Source: a virus. From it: a stretch of 64,000 nt of DNA. The DNA is taken from positions 64,001 through 128,000 of the IMG/VR virus record IMGVR_UViG_3300031603_000001. One strand, written 5' to 3'. The position numbers and the translations under genes are program-made. This document shows, piece after piece, positions 8,953 through 17,931 of this stretch; position 1 is the first letter of the stretch; each line of letters starts with the position of its first letter. The notes beneath the pieces were generated by a model. The model saw only the letters and a list, made by a program, of their open reading frames with translations. It was not told the origin of the DNA and did no database searches.

Positions 8953-9309
8953 TCATTCATCGTACGGAGTCTTTCCCCGAATCATACCACGAGAATGACG
9001 GTACTCCTGTGCCATTAGCATCATACACATCTTATGTAGTAAATCAAATGATTGAATATACTGTCTACTCTTCAGTCCATATGTTGCGTAAGCCGATCTT
9101 ACGATATGCCGCTGACTATTAATGTCATCATGCGTAATCAATAGATCTTGTTTTACTATGTACTTGTTGTGCTCTACTCGGGCATTAGTAGATAAAGCAT
9201 CAGGTGTACTGAGCTCAAGGTATTCTTTGATATGATTATTACGACCATGGTTATATGCCACGAGGTAAAGTATAATATCAATCAGAATAGCTATAAATAT
9301 GTAAGGCAT
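8953..9309 (-). CDS. hypothetical protein with N-terminal TM segment
   Basis: Hydrophobic N-terminus, 118 aa. Confidence 0.6.
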   Translation of the reverse strand: MPYIFIAILIDIILYLVAYNHGRNNHIKEYLELSTPDALSTNARVEHNKYIVKQDLLITHDDINSQRHIVRSAYATYGLKSRQYIQSFDLLHKMCMMLMAQEYRHSRGMIRGKTPYDE

Positions 9310-9313
9310 TAGG

Positions 9314-9625
9314 CTACCTTCTCCAAAAAGCTCGACCAGAGCTTTGCGAACCCACGTTTAGGGGTTCAGGCTTCACAGGATCCACAAGGTGGGTCATACC
9401 CATTATGTCCCAGGTGCTGACACGTTTTGCATAGTACGTGCCCTTCTCGGTCCATACCTGGTGCATACCTGTGCGCATTCCATCAGCAACAGCACATTGA
9501 TACCCAACGAAACAATAAATGTTTCTAGGTACTAACTCGGCTTCGATGTACACGATGTGTCCATTTCTGCAAATGCAGTACTTTCCAACCGCAGGGCTGA
9601 TGGTATCACTATGTAATGCTGTCAT
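9314..9625 (-). CDS. hypothetical protein
   Basis: 103-aa ORF in chain. Confidence 0.6.
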   Translation of the reverse strand: MTALHSDTISPAVGKYCICRNGHIVYIEAELVPRNIYCFVGYQCAVADGMRTGMHQVWTEKGTYYAKRVSTWDIMGMTHLVDPVKPEPLNVGSQSSGRAFWRR

Positions 9626-9920
9626 GATGCAAGGGCTCCTTTATGAATTCAGGGAATGGTGTTAGGCCGCGAGTCTTTAACTCGGCGACGATGCTGATGA
9701 CGTCTGCACGTCTCAGCATTTCTTCTTCAGCATCTTTACACAGCGCAATGATATTCTTTTGCTCCCTGGCTATAATAATTAGGGCGCTCGAGGTCTCTAA
9801 GGCGTAATCACGTGTAAAGACTTGCTCAGAGCATACCCACCCTCCATATAAAGTTACTTTTACTGGAGATTTAAGGGTGCATATCTGCTCCATCATATAC
9901 TGAATATTCTCCTTGCTCAT
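9609..9920 (-). CDS. hypothetical protein
   Basis: Track 9609..9941; ATG at 9920 (MSKENIQ) has a GGAGG ribosome-binding site. Confidence 0.6.
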   Translation of the reverse strand: MSKENIQYMMEQICTLKSPVKVTLYGGWVCSEQVFTRDYALETSSALIIIAREQKNIIALCKDAEEEMLRRADVISIVAELKTRGLTPFPEFIKEPLHHDSIT

Positions 9921-10021
9921 GATTTGCCTCCAAGACAACAATCTGCATGATTCGTCTGCGTAGTTAAATATCCAACTGTGAATAAATATAAATATGATTT
10001 ATCGGTTAGTGTTTTCATGAT

Positions 10022-10213
10022 TTACCCTCCAATATCCATTTGTGCATCATTGTCCTCCTCATCTTCATCCTGTGTTGCATTACAGCATTTATCACAAAAC
10101 ACCTCGCTCCCCATGTGCCATAATTTCTCACCATCTTCAGGAGTTTGCCCACATATATCACATGTATAAATCTTTTGAATTATTATATTACCCATCATCA
10201 TCCTCCATCTCAT
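10022..10213 (-). CDS. small Zn-finger protein ending in GG
   Basis: CDIC...CDKCC, acidic tail, C-terminus MDIGG. Confidence 0.6.
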   Translation of the reverse strand: MRWRMMMGNIIIQKIYTCDICGQTPEDGEKLWHMGSEVFCDKCCNATQDEDEEDNDAQMDIGG

Positions 10214-10544
10214 TCAACCCAAGCAGTATAAATTCACCATATAAAGCATTGGGCAAATTAGTTATTATGTTTGTACTCCCTGTATATGCAATGTCAACTG
10301 GAATACCATTAGCCATTTTGACTTTAAGGGCCGTGAGTTCATTATCCATGTCAATAAGATTATCAATTGTACGCTCAATCCACTCATTGAAAAGTATATT
10401 CATGCTGTGACACTGATCGTGTACCAACTCTTCAATTATAGACTTAAATGCTGGATGATTTTTCCACTTATTATACATCAAAACCATTGACCTACTGCTC
10501 GTTGCTTTCAATCGTTTATTCTCATCCTTCATCCGTTTAAACAC
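10188..10544 (-). CDS. hypothetical protein
   Basis: 118-aa ORF in chain. Confidence 0.6.
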   Translation of the reverse strand: MFKRMKDENKRLKATSSRSMVLMYNKWKNHPAFKSIIEELVHDQCHSMNILFNEWIERTIDNLIDMDNELTALKVKMANGIPVDIAYTGSTNIITNLPNALYGEFILLGLNEMEDDDG

Positions 10545-10607
10545 TCCAATGTTGGTTTACGACTTCTTCTTTCGATAATGGTATAGAGCGAATGAATAAG
10601 CTTTCCA

Positions 10608-10868
10608 TCAAGTAAACCCGTATTTCTTTCTCCTGCGCATCAAGTACAGACTGAACAGAATCATGTACGTCAAGGATGTAAGCAGGGTAGCCATACCTTT
10701 CACGGGAAGGAGTAGGAGGGCTACTCCCGTGAAGAACAAATCACTGAGTAAGTAATGCTTGAAGACAAGTCGCCTCAAAGTCATAGGAACCTTCTCAATA
10801 ATTATGGCTGTACCGATAACTGCCAGTACACCTGCAAACAATCCTGTTTGTATCATGCTGTTAATCAT
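10608..10868 (-). CDS. small multi-TM membrane protein
   Basis: Three hydrophobic segments and a basic tail. Confidence 0.65.
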   Translation of the reverse strand: MINSMIQTGLFAGVLAVIGTAIIIEKVPMTLRRLVFKHYLLSDLFFTGVALLLLPVKGMATLLTSLTYMILFSLYLMRRRKKYGFT

Positions 10869-11245
10869 TTAATACTCGCTGCACCCTTTTTAATAGGGGA
10901 CTTGCGCTTGCGTTTAGGCTTAACCGAAAGGTCAGTAGCCTTAGTCGTCGCAGTACGATGCCCTTTGATACTCTCAACAAGCTTAGTGTTGAAAGCATTA
11001 GATGTACGCGTAGGCATTTCGACGATGGCAAACACTATACCTGGAGCAGTCTTCAAATCTGCCTCAACAGACGGGAAGAATTCAATCATCCCCTCTACTG
11101 CATCAATCATCTGCTCTTGGGTAGTGATAGCATTCTCACCATCCGGGCTTTGGGTAAAAACATGACCCTTCAGTCCCGTTTTATACAGATAACCAACCGC
11201 CTTAGCCGAAGCCGAAGGGGCTGGGAACTTAGTTTTAGCCATCAA
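10865..11245 (-). CDS. hypothetical protein with basic C-terminal tail
   Basis: 126 aa, KPKRKRK. Confidence 0.6.
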   Translation of the reverse strand: MMAKTKFPAPSASAKAVGYLYKTGLKGHVFTQSPDGENAITTQEQMIDAVEGMIEFFPSVEADLKTAPGIVFAIVEMPTRTSNAFNTKLVESIKGHRTATTKATDLSVKPKRKRKSPIKKGAASIK

Positions 11246-11487
11246 TTAATCTCCAATTCACCAGCTTCATCAGATATACCAGACAACTCTCCTAGGAAAG
11301 TATCTAAGGCCTTCTGTATTTCTGGTGCGATTTCTACACTAGGATTAAACTTAGTTGCAGGATAGATTTGCTTTGAAACAGCAAGAGCCAGCCCACACAG
11401 GGCCGGCCTATTCATCCAATCTTGCAACAACGGTATAATCTTACTAAGCGCTTCCTGATCCTGCTGTGCCAGTTTCTCCAGGTTCAT
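11242..11487 (-). CDS. hypothetical protein
   Basis: 81-aa ORF in chain. Confidence 0.55.
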   Translation of the reverse strand: MNLEKLAQQDQEALSKIIPLLQDWMNRPALCGLALAVSKQIYPATKFNPSVEIAPEIQKALDTFLGELSGISDEAGELEIN

Positions 11488-11800
11488 TTACTGTCTCCTT
11501 CTTAACTGTAGCGGGCGTGCGGTTGGATGCGCGAGGTGTAGATCTTTTACGTTTCTTAGGAGCAGCTTTAACAGGCTCATCCTTTACCATTGGCGTAACA
11601 ACTTCGTTGTCAATCTCAAATGGTGCTGTGATAGGAGCTGTGATCTCCTCTATTACTGTGGCCTCCGAGACTACTGCCTCTTCTGTCACAGTCGGTTCGA
11701 TTACTGCTTGTGGTATGGGCACGCCGGCACTAGGTGGCATGACGGCCCGGGGTATAGGTACAGGCGTTGCCACGTGACGTGGCGGAACTTTTGTTACCAT
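11444..11800 (-). CDS. low-complexity Pro/Glu/Lys-rich protein
   Basis: 118 aa, predicted disordered. Confidence 0.55.
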   Translation of the reverse strand: MVTKVPPRHVATPVPIPRAVMPPSAGVPIPQAVIEPTVTEEAVVSEATVIEEITAPITAPFEIDNEVVTPMVKDEPVKAAPKKRKRSTPRASNRTPATVKKETVNEPGETGTAGSGSA

Positions 11801-11809
11801 ATTTACTCC

Positions 11810-12106
11810 TTAGTATTCACTCTCGCTCTGAGAACCAAAGCTCTCAAAGACATCCTCAGACTGATCCCAGTCAACGGTCACACCGTCGGGACTAATATGA
11901 CCACCCTCACCCTTGTACGACTGACGTATGTCAGAACGGATCTGAGTGATCCAATCATTCACTACCTCAACTTTAACTTTGAGTTTAGATGAAATCACCT
12001 GCGGAGAGTGACCATAATAAAGTACACCCAAGAAGGCAAACACTGCCCCTGGACTATACTTTTGCAGAACCTTCAGAATCTGGGCCCTAATATCTATGGG
12101 CATCAT
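11810..12106 (-). CDS. putative HTH (sigma-70 region 4-like) protein
   Basis: GHSPQVISSKLKVKVEVVNDWITQI fits the G.S..EIA..L......V HTH pattern. Confidence 0.55.
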   Translation of the reverse strand: MMPIDIRAQILKVLQKYSPGAVFAFLGVLYYGHSPQVISSKLKVKVEVVNDWITQIRSDIRQSYKGEGGHISPDGVTVDWDQSEDVFESFGSQSESEY

Positions 12107-12794
12107 ATTCTCCTTTTACTGTTGGTAAAATTGTGTACTGCATCGGACATGCTGAGCATGTATCACAACCCGGCCCAGGAACACCTGGTGTCGCGTTGAT
12201 GCGGATTAGCTCCGCAACGGCTTCTAGCTTAGCTTCGGGGTTATACGTAAACGTAAGGAACTCCCCAAGCATTGGCATAAAGTATGTTAATTGGAAGGGG
12301 CGCTTACCGCGGCTAAGCTCGTAGAGCCTACCATTCCATTGGGCAGCCATGTAGAGTTTAACTCTCTCTTCGGCTGAAGGGTACTCAGTTCTGTAATCAA
12401 ACCATACCATCTGCAACAGCTTAGCCTGTTTTAGACGAACGAGATCAACCTCTCCGAGTAATCCATCGTGATCAATCACGAGATCCTCATCGACTATCTC
12501 TGAACTGTACAACTGAGCTATCATTAGAGTACTCTGCGTTAGCATAATGGTGGAAGCTTTCACGAGGGTCGCTGTCATATTCTGAGGCAACGACGCATCT
12601 TTGAGCTTCTTCAACACATAATCATATGCATTTTCCACGGGACTACCTTTGAACATCGATAGTAACACGGGACCGAGTATCTCTCTATAAAGTAAATACA
12701 GAGGGGGCTTCTCTATAACAAGATCAGCCCTCCTCTTAAGGGGACAGTCATACAAAAACCAATAGACTTGGTCGAATACAACTTGCTTACTCAT
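12087..12794 (-). CDS. PD-(D/E)xK nuclease-like protein (Cas4/AddB-like, divergent)
   Basis: N-terminal DCP, GEVDLV...WFDYRT, C-terminal PGPGCDTCSACP. Confidence 0.55.
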   Translation of the reverse strand: MSKQVVFDQVYWFLYDCPLKRRADLVIEKPPLYLLYREILGPVLLSMFKGSPVENAYDYVLKKLKDASLPQNMTATLVKASTIMLTQSTLMIAQLYSSEIVDEDLVIDHDGLLGEVDLVRLKQAKLLQMVWFDYRTEYPSAEERVKLYMAAQWNGRLYELSRGKRPFQLTYFMPMLGEFLTFTYNPEAKLEAVAELIRINATPGVPGPGCDTCSACPMQYTILPTVKGEYDAHRY

Positions 12795-14671
12795 GAACGG
12801 AGAATGTCTTTCAACATTGATTGAAAGTACTTAGACAGATTAGAAGGATCTGACACAAATGTATAACCATCTGCGTAGTCAACCTTCTTATGCTTAGGTG
12901 CTTTATCAATACCAAACACAAGGACATGAATGCCCTTACGCTTAGCCCATTGATAGACATCTTGTAAATTAACTGAACCCCACTCGTCGCCGTCCATTAG
13001 AAGTACAACATACTTCTTCTTTGCACGTGAGTGAAGCAACATGTCAACACCGTACTTCATAGCAGCAGGAAGGTCATTCCCTCCTGCGGGTGTCAACACT
13101 CTGTGGATCTCAGCAAGAGTTACTTCTTTAGACTGCTTCTTAGGAACTAAATCAATGAAACCAGCACCTTCACTAGCACAGCCGTAGCCGCCCATGGTCA
13201 GGTTAATTTCTTTGATGTCCTTAGTGGCTAGATACATCTGAGCCATCACATTACGTGCGACATCAGAACTCTCACCCCAAGCATTAGTAGTACTCATAGA
13301 ACCTGATCTATCAAACAGCAGTACAAAGTCAGCCGATGCATCACCATTACGGATCTCCATCACATCTGTCTTAATCTGTGCACGTTTGATATCAGTCTTG
13401 ATCTGATAGAAGTTTGGTGGGTACAGAGTGTCCCCCGTACGACTGGCACTGCGCCCAGCAAGCTTACGCTCACTTATAAGCACCTTGACATAACGTCGTA
13501 GGTTCATTACACCAGCCATACTGATGTTCTCAACAGTCTGTTTACTCACATGCTTTGGAGGAGCAACATATCCACCACCAGAGCCTTTTGCACCGGCCTT
13601 AGGTGTTTTCTTGTACTCCGATCCCTCCATCTCCTGGTCCTTCTTAGCGAATTCTCCACGAGCTGCGGTATCTTCCTCTGCGGCTTTGTCTTCTTTCATC
13701 TCTTCAAGTTCGCCGGCTCCGTCTTCGTCACCAAGTGCATCCATCGCTTCTTTCAAAGCTTCCTTGTCTGCATCTGACATCTCGTCGAAGTCAAACATTC
13801 CGAGACCACCACCACCCATGCCACCAGGCATTCCGCTACCGGAACCCTTAGCAGGAGGTGGATCTGGCGGATCAAAAGTATCCTCATCTTGACCCATTTC
13901 CTCTACCCACCACTCAAGTATTCTGTCGTACAGAGCCTGAGAGATATCAATGCGTTCCTCACGGAACTCATCTGGGTCTTCTACCCAATAACGTCTTGCG
14001 TAGGTAATAGTTGGTACGGTATCTTCGAACACTTTCTCAAGTGGATGTCCGGCCGGGAAGGTTGTAACCATCTCGTCTTCCCACTTGAACTCTAATACAC
14101 CGCGGTAAATACGATACGTATTGTGAAGCATCTCTCTGTAGTAAGCAGCCTCTTCAAAAGAGCCAGCTACCAGAGTAGTCTCATCAAATAAGTTACCCTC
14201 TTCGTCGACTACTACTTCGTTCTGATTAGTAGTTAGCGCTTTGGCTAACTTATACAGCTCAGTAAAGTATGAACCTGATCCCATCCAATGTCTGGGACAG
14301 ACTGTAGTTTCGTTACAGTCATAGATAATGTTTTCATAGAACATAAACAACTGTGTCTCTGTTCCGTTGCCGAATGTTTCAGGACTTACAATATGACCAA
14401 GCTCATGATAGATGAGAGCGCCTAGAATAGTCCAGTACGCCTCATCCGACATCTTCATAGCAATATCTTCGCTCCACATCTTAGCAAGAGTCTTCCGTGT
14501 TACGGGTAGTTGCATATGCATCATACCCTTTTTATCACGGTACGGCTCTTTTGTCTTTGGGTCAATCTTGACCGACGCACCAGGGTAATCGTTAACAGTT
14601 ATGTCACCAAACCCCAATACCTTATTAAGATAGTTGTACACATAGTACGTCATATCCGTGATAGTGTTCAC
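12791..14671 (-). CDS. VWA/CobT-like protein with N-terminal HExxH metallopeptidase-like domain
   Basis: YHELGH; MIDAS motif DRSGSM; LLMDG; acidic Gly/Pro linker. Confidence 0.85.
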   Translation of the reverse strand: MNTITDMTYYVYNYLNKVLGFGDITVNDYPGASVKIDPKTKEPYRDKKGMMHMQLPVTRKTLAKMWSEDIAMKMSDEAYWTILGALIYHELGHIVSPETFGNGTETQLFMFYENIIYDCNETTVCPRHWMGSGSYFTELYKLAKALTTNQNEVVVDEEGNLFDETTLVAGSFEEAAYYREMLHNTYRIYRGVLEFKWEDEMVTTFPAGHPLEKVFEDTVPTITYARRYWVEDPDEFREERIDISQALYDRILEWWVEEMGQDEDTFDPPDPPPAKGSGSGMPGGMGGGGLGMFDFDEMSDADKEALKEAMDALGDEDGAGELEEMKEDKAAEEDTAARGEFAKKDQEMEGSEYKKTPKAGAKGSGGGYVAPPKHVSKQTVENISMAGVMNLRRYVKVLISERKLAGRSASRTGDTLYPPNFYQIKTDIKRAQIKTDVMEIRNGDASADFVLLFDRSGSMSTTNAWGESSDVARNVMAQMYLATKDIKEINLTMGGYGCASEGAGFIDLVPKKQSKEVTLAEIHRVLTPAGGNDLPAAMKYGVDMLLHSRAKKKYVVLLMDGDEWGSVNLQDVYQWAKRKGIHVLVFGIDKAPKHKKVDYADGYTFVSDPSNLSKYFQSMLKDILRS

Positions 14672-16147
14672 TTAGACCCCCTGTTTAACCATATGAGGTG
14701 GTATTTTAATACCAAGCTGATCATCTATACGTGCGGCAATAACCTCACGAATGCTGATGTCAGTGATCTTGGTAATAATGAAATCATGAATGGCAGTCTT
14801 CCATGCCTCAGGTGTATTCCCATTAGCGGCAGCCCAGAAAGCGGCAGACGCTACAGGAGTGTAACCTGCATCAAAGCCAAGAGATACACCATGGCCATCC
14901 GTTGAATGAATCAACTGGAATAACTTAACAGCATACTTATAACTAGGTTTGTTCGTGCCAAGTCTACCGAAATTAGGACGAGCCTCAACGATACACTTCA
15001 TGATCTTGCCTAATTGCGCAGGACTCTTAGGATAATCAAGATACATACTTGTGATTCTACGTTGTTCAGCAGCAGACAGTGGTTGTAAATCATCAGTAAT
15101 GTACTGATCTGTCATAGGATTGGCAGTCAGCAAGAACTGTACGTGTGAGAAATCTACTGTATCAACAAAGGAACTATCCTTCGTAGACATAATGTCGTAT
15201 ACACGGTCACGATCATTTAATAGTCGATAGAACTCTCTACGAGTCTTATCATTAAAAGCATTCCACTCTTCAGTAATAACTAAGAGTTTGATACCAAGCT
15301 TTTTAGTATCACGAGCGGCTTTTAGCAGTACACCTTCTAGAATAAAGGTACCTTCTTCGTTGAAATCATCACGTTCAAACAACCGGTCACCCTGTAGACG
15401 TCCATTTGCATCAATGATAATAGCACCGTAACCGTACTTCTCTAAGGTACCGGCCAGATACCGAGCAAGGTGGGACTTACCAGAGCCAGTAGGCCCGATG
15501 AATCCGACAGCTGCGGCACCATCTAAGATGTATGACTCAGCACGTTTGTTAAACACTTTATCGACAATGATATCGTTAGGTACCTTGACCCGGAAGTGAT
15601 TAGGAATAGTCACCTTACCTGCAGGTAGGAAGCTCTTGTGAAAGGTTTCGTCTTTAATACGTTTACCTTTATCATCATAGAACTCTTGCTTAGTATACGG
15701 TTGCATCTTAGGCAACGTGGTAGGATCTTCTTGCCACATTTTATAAGTTGCTTCGATGTCAGCCTTAGGTATGTCCTCAATTATTAAGTCCAATACCTCA
15801 CGGCACATTTCTGGTATACCAGAGACACTTGAATCAGAAAGTAATTGATCCAAGGTGACAGCACCTGTTTCATACTTCTTAATATCAGAACTCTCGATGT
15901 CCAAGTTAGTTGTAGCGACGGTGACACTAGTGTCTTCCTCCTCCACACTGGCCTGTAGGACATACTTATCCTTCTTACCAGTAACACTAACAACCAGTGC
16001 CTTAAATACAACTAAATAATCAGTTGCTACCTTAGCACCTGCAGTAGGTTTAATTTGTAGACTTACTGAAGGCCATACAGATTTCATGAATGCATCATGA
16101 TTATCAGGTGAAAGTAAAGCAGTAGCTTTCTTTTTTGCAGCAGGCAT
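14672..16147 (-). CDS. MoxR/CbbQ-like AAA+ ATPase
   Basis: Walker A GPTGSGKS, Walker B variant ITEEWN, sensor LTANP, RR finger; adjacent to the VWA gene. Confidence 0.8.
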   Translation of the reverse strand: MPAAKKKATALLSPDNHDAFMKSVWPSVSLQIKPTAGAKVATDYLVVFKALVVSVTGKKDKYVLQASVEEEDTSVTVATTNLDIESSDIKKYETGAVTLDQLLSDSSVSGIPEMCREVLDLIIEDIPKADIEATYKMWQEDPTTLPKMQPYTKQEFYDDKGKRIKDETFHKSFLPAGKVTIPNHFRVKVPNDIIVDKVFNKRAESYILDGAAAVGFIGPTGSGKSHLARYLAGTLEKYGYGAIIIDANGRLQGDRLFERDDFNEEGTFILEGVLLKAARDTKKLGIKLLVITEEWNAFNDKTRREFYRLLNDRDRVYDIMSTKDSSFVDTVDFSHVQFLLTANPMTDQYITDDLQPLSAAEQRRITSMYLDYPKSPAQLGKIMKCIVEARPNFGRLGTNKPSYKYAVKLFQLIHSTDGHGVSLGFDAGYTPVASAAFWAAANGNTPEAWKTAIHDFIITKITDISIREVIAARIDDQLGIKIPPHMVKQGV

Positions 16148-17424
16148 TATTTGCCTCCAATAATAGTGGGAACACTCTCACTTTCTATGAGAGCCTCCAG
16201 TACGGCCAGCACCAACGCATCATCAGAATGGTTGAATACTAACTGGTCTTTCAATGTCTTTTCAAACACTGAGATAGATTTAATCAATGGCATAAGCTGT
16301 TGTACAGAAAGGTTACCCTTCCTAACAGCCGCCTTAAAGTTTGCACGCATACGTTTAGCTAATCCAAAAGCAAAGTTTCTGGTTGCAGTAGTGCGATCAT
16401 TCTTTTCTAAGCCCTTTTCCAGGGCAGGTATTACAGTTTCAAACAAGGTATGTAAAGCGCCGTCGCTTTGGCCCTTCATAATTTGTGCAGCAAACTTATT
16501 AGTAATAGCATACGAGACTGTACCAGGAGCTACAGATTTAATCATCTCAGCAGCATCAATTACTGCAGTTTTATGATCACCGTCTATCTCTTGGTACACA
16601 CGAGTCATCAAAAGGTTCACGGCGAGGCGAACATTTAGATCACAATTCTCAGAGATAAGCTTAAGGACTTCCTCAGGAATATGAGGTTGAGTCTCGCGGA
16701 TCTCTTCGTTAGCTGCTATGTCCTTCAAGACATCAAGTATTTCTTTTGACTTCCATGAGCGAATATGATATCGATCAAGGCGTGACATCAGCGCAGTGTT
16801 ACGCTCAAGAGTCTTAGGATCCGAGGACACCAAGAACATATACTGTGTAGGAGTTAACTTCTCAGTCCAAGTCAGCAGCAACTGCTGAGTCTTAGCATGA
16901 AAGTTCTGGGCCTCTTCGAAGATCAGTACAGTATTCTTATGACTCATCATGCCTACACCACCGAAGTATTCCTGCAGTACAGCACTAACGTCCCCAGTCT
17001 TTTCCTGTGCACTATCGATGTAACGCGTGCCCATGTCCCTGCCGGCCATGACATTCCTGTCCGCAGCGCGGCACCATTGGCATTCATTACAAGCGACTAA
17101 CAGTCCATCCTCTTCCTCAGGAGAAGCACAGTTAAGCAGTTTGCCTAACGCAACAGCGACAGATGTCTTTCCACTTCCCGGGTCTCCAGTCAGTAGATAG
17201 GAATGTAACAGCCCATCAGAGCCATCCCCACCTGCCTCACGTTTCTTTTGATTGTCCATCAAAGTCTTTGAGAACTTACGAAGGAATACAGCAGAAGGTC
17301 CATAGAATTCAGAGGTACTTAGCGGACGATACCATCCCCAGAGTGATTGATTGTGAGGATATTCATCCCCACCACGGTACTTAAGCTTAAGCTTTGTAAG
17401 TCCGTATGGTAGTGTGGTAGCCAT
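16147..17424 (-). CDS. dnaX: DNA polymerase III gamma/tau-like clamp loader
   Basis: YRP motif, YLLTGDPGSGKTS, LNC...CNECQWC Zn module, FEEAQ, LMSRL. Confidence 0.85.
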   Translation of the reverse strand: MATTLPYGLTKLKLKYRGGDEYPHNQSLWGWYRPLSTSEFYGPSAVFLRKFSKTLMDNQKKREAGGDGSDGLLHSYLLTGDPGSGKTSVAVALGKLLNCASPEEEDGLLVACNECQWCRAADRNVMAGRDMGTRYIDSAQEKTGDVSAVLQEYFGGVGMMSHKNTVLIFEEAQNFHAKTQQLLLTWTEKLTPTQYMFLVSSDPKTLERNTALMSRLDRYHIRSWKSKEILDVLKDIAANEEIRETQPHIPEEVLKLISENCDLNVRLAVNLLMTRVYQEIDGDHKTAVIDAAEMIKSVAPGTVSYAITNKFAAQIMKGQSDGALHTLFETVIPALEKGLEKNDRTTATRNFAFGLAKRMRANFKAAVRKGNLSVQQLMPLIKSISVFEKTLKDQLVFNHSDDALVLAVLEALIESESVPTIIGGK

Positions 17425-17433
17425 AGCTACTCC

Positions 17434-17931
17434 TTAATTAAATATTTCATAGAAACGTGAGTTGTCTCCGCCCTCTATAATATCAACATCCTTACGTTCT
17501 TTAAAGAACGAGAATGCCTTAGGGACGTCTAGCAACATTGGTTCGTATTGATTCTGCATAAGCAGAGCACGAACTGTATTCAATTGTCGGTCGGGTAATT
17601 CAATACGTACAGCTGACCGTTTATCTTTGTATATACGATAGGCAACTAGGATAGAAGCAGCACCGCGTTTCAAATCCATTAGGATTACTCTACGCTTGGT
17701 GTTCAATTGCTCCAAAGCAACAACACGAAGTACAGTACTCTTGTCCGCCCGTGACATCTTTACACCCATGTCGCCTAAACTAAAACAATCAATAGGCTTT
17801 TTATCGTCTACAATGTCTTCCATAGCTCTTTTACTTCCACCTTTATATGTGTAATGCAACGTTGTCGGGCAGGACAGAGCCTTAGCCAGATCACTCTTGT
17901 GTAACACAATTCTCCGTACTTTACTTGGCAC
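17434..17931 (-). CDS. hypothetical protein (possible clamp-loader accessory subunit)
   Basis: 165 aa directly upstream of the dnaX-like gene; function is a context inference. Confidence 0.55.
   Translation of the reverse strand: MPSKVRRIVLHKSDLAKALSCPTTLHYTYKGGSKRAMEDIVDDKKPIDCFSLGDMGVKMSRADKSTVLRVVALEQLNTKRRVILMDLKRGAASILVAYRIYKDKRSAVRIELPDRQLNTVRALLMQNQYEPMLLDVPKAFSFFKERKDVDIIEGGDNSRFYEIFN

Noticed and set aside
12791-14671. Ro60/TROVE partner for the Y-like RNAs
   Set aside because: It has a VWA domain, but the N-terminus is HExxH/CobT-like and it is paired with a MoxR ATPase, not a TROVE repeat ring.
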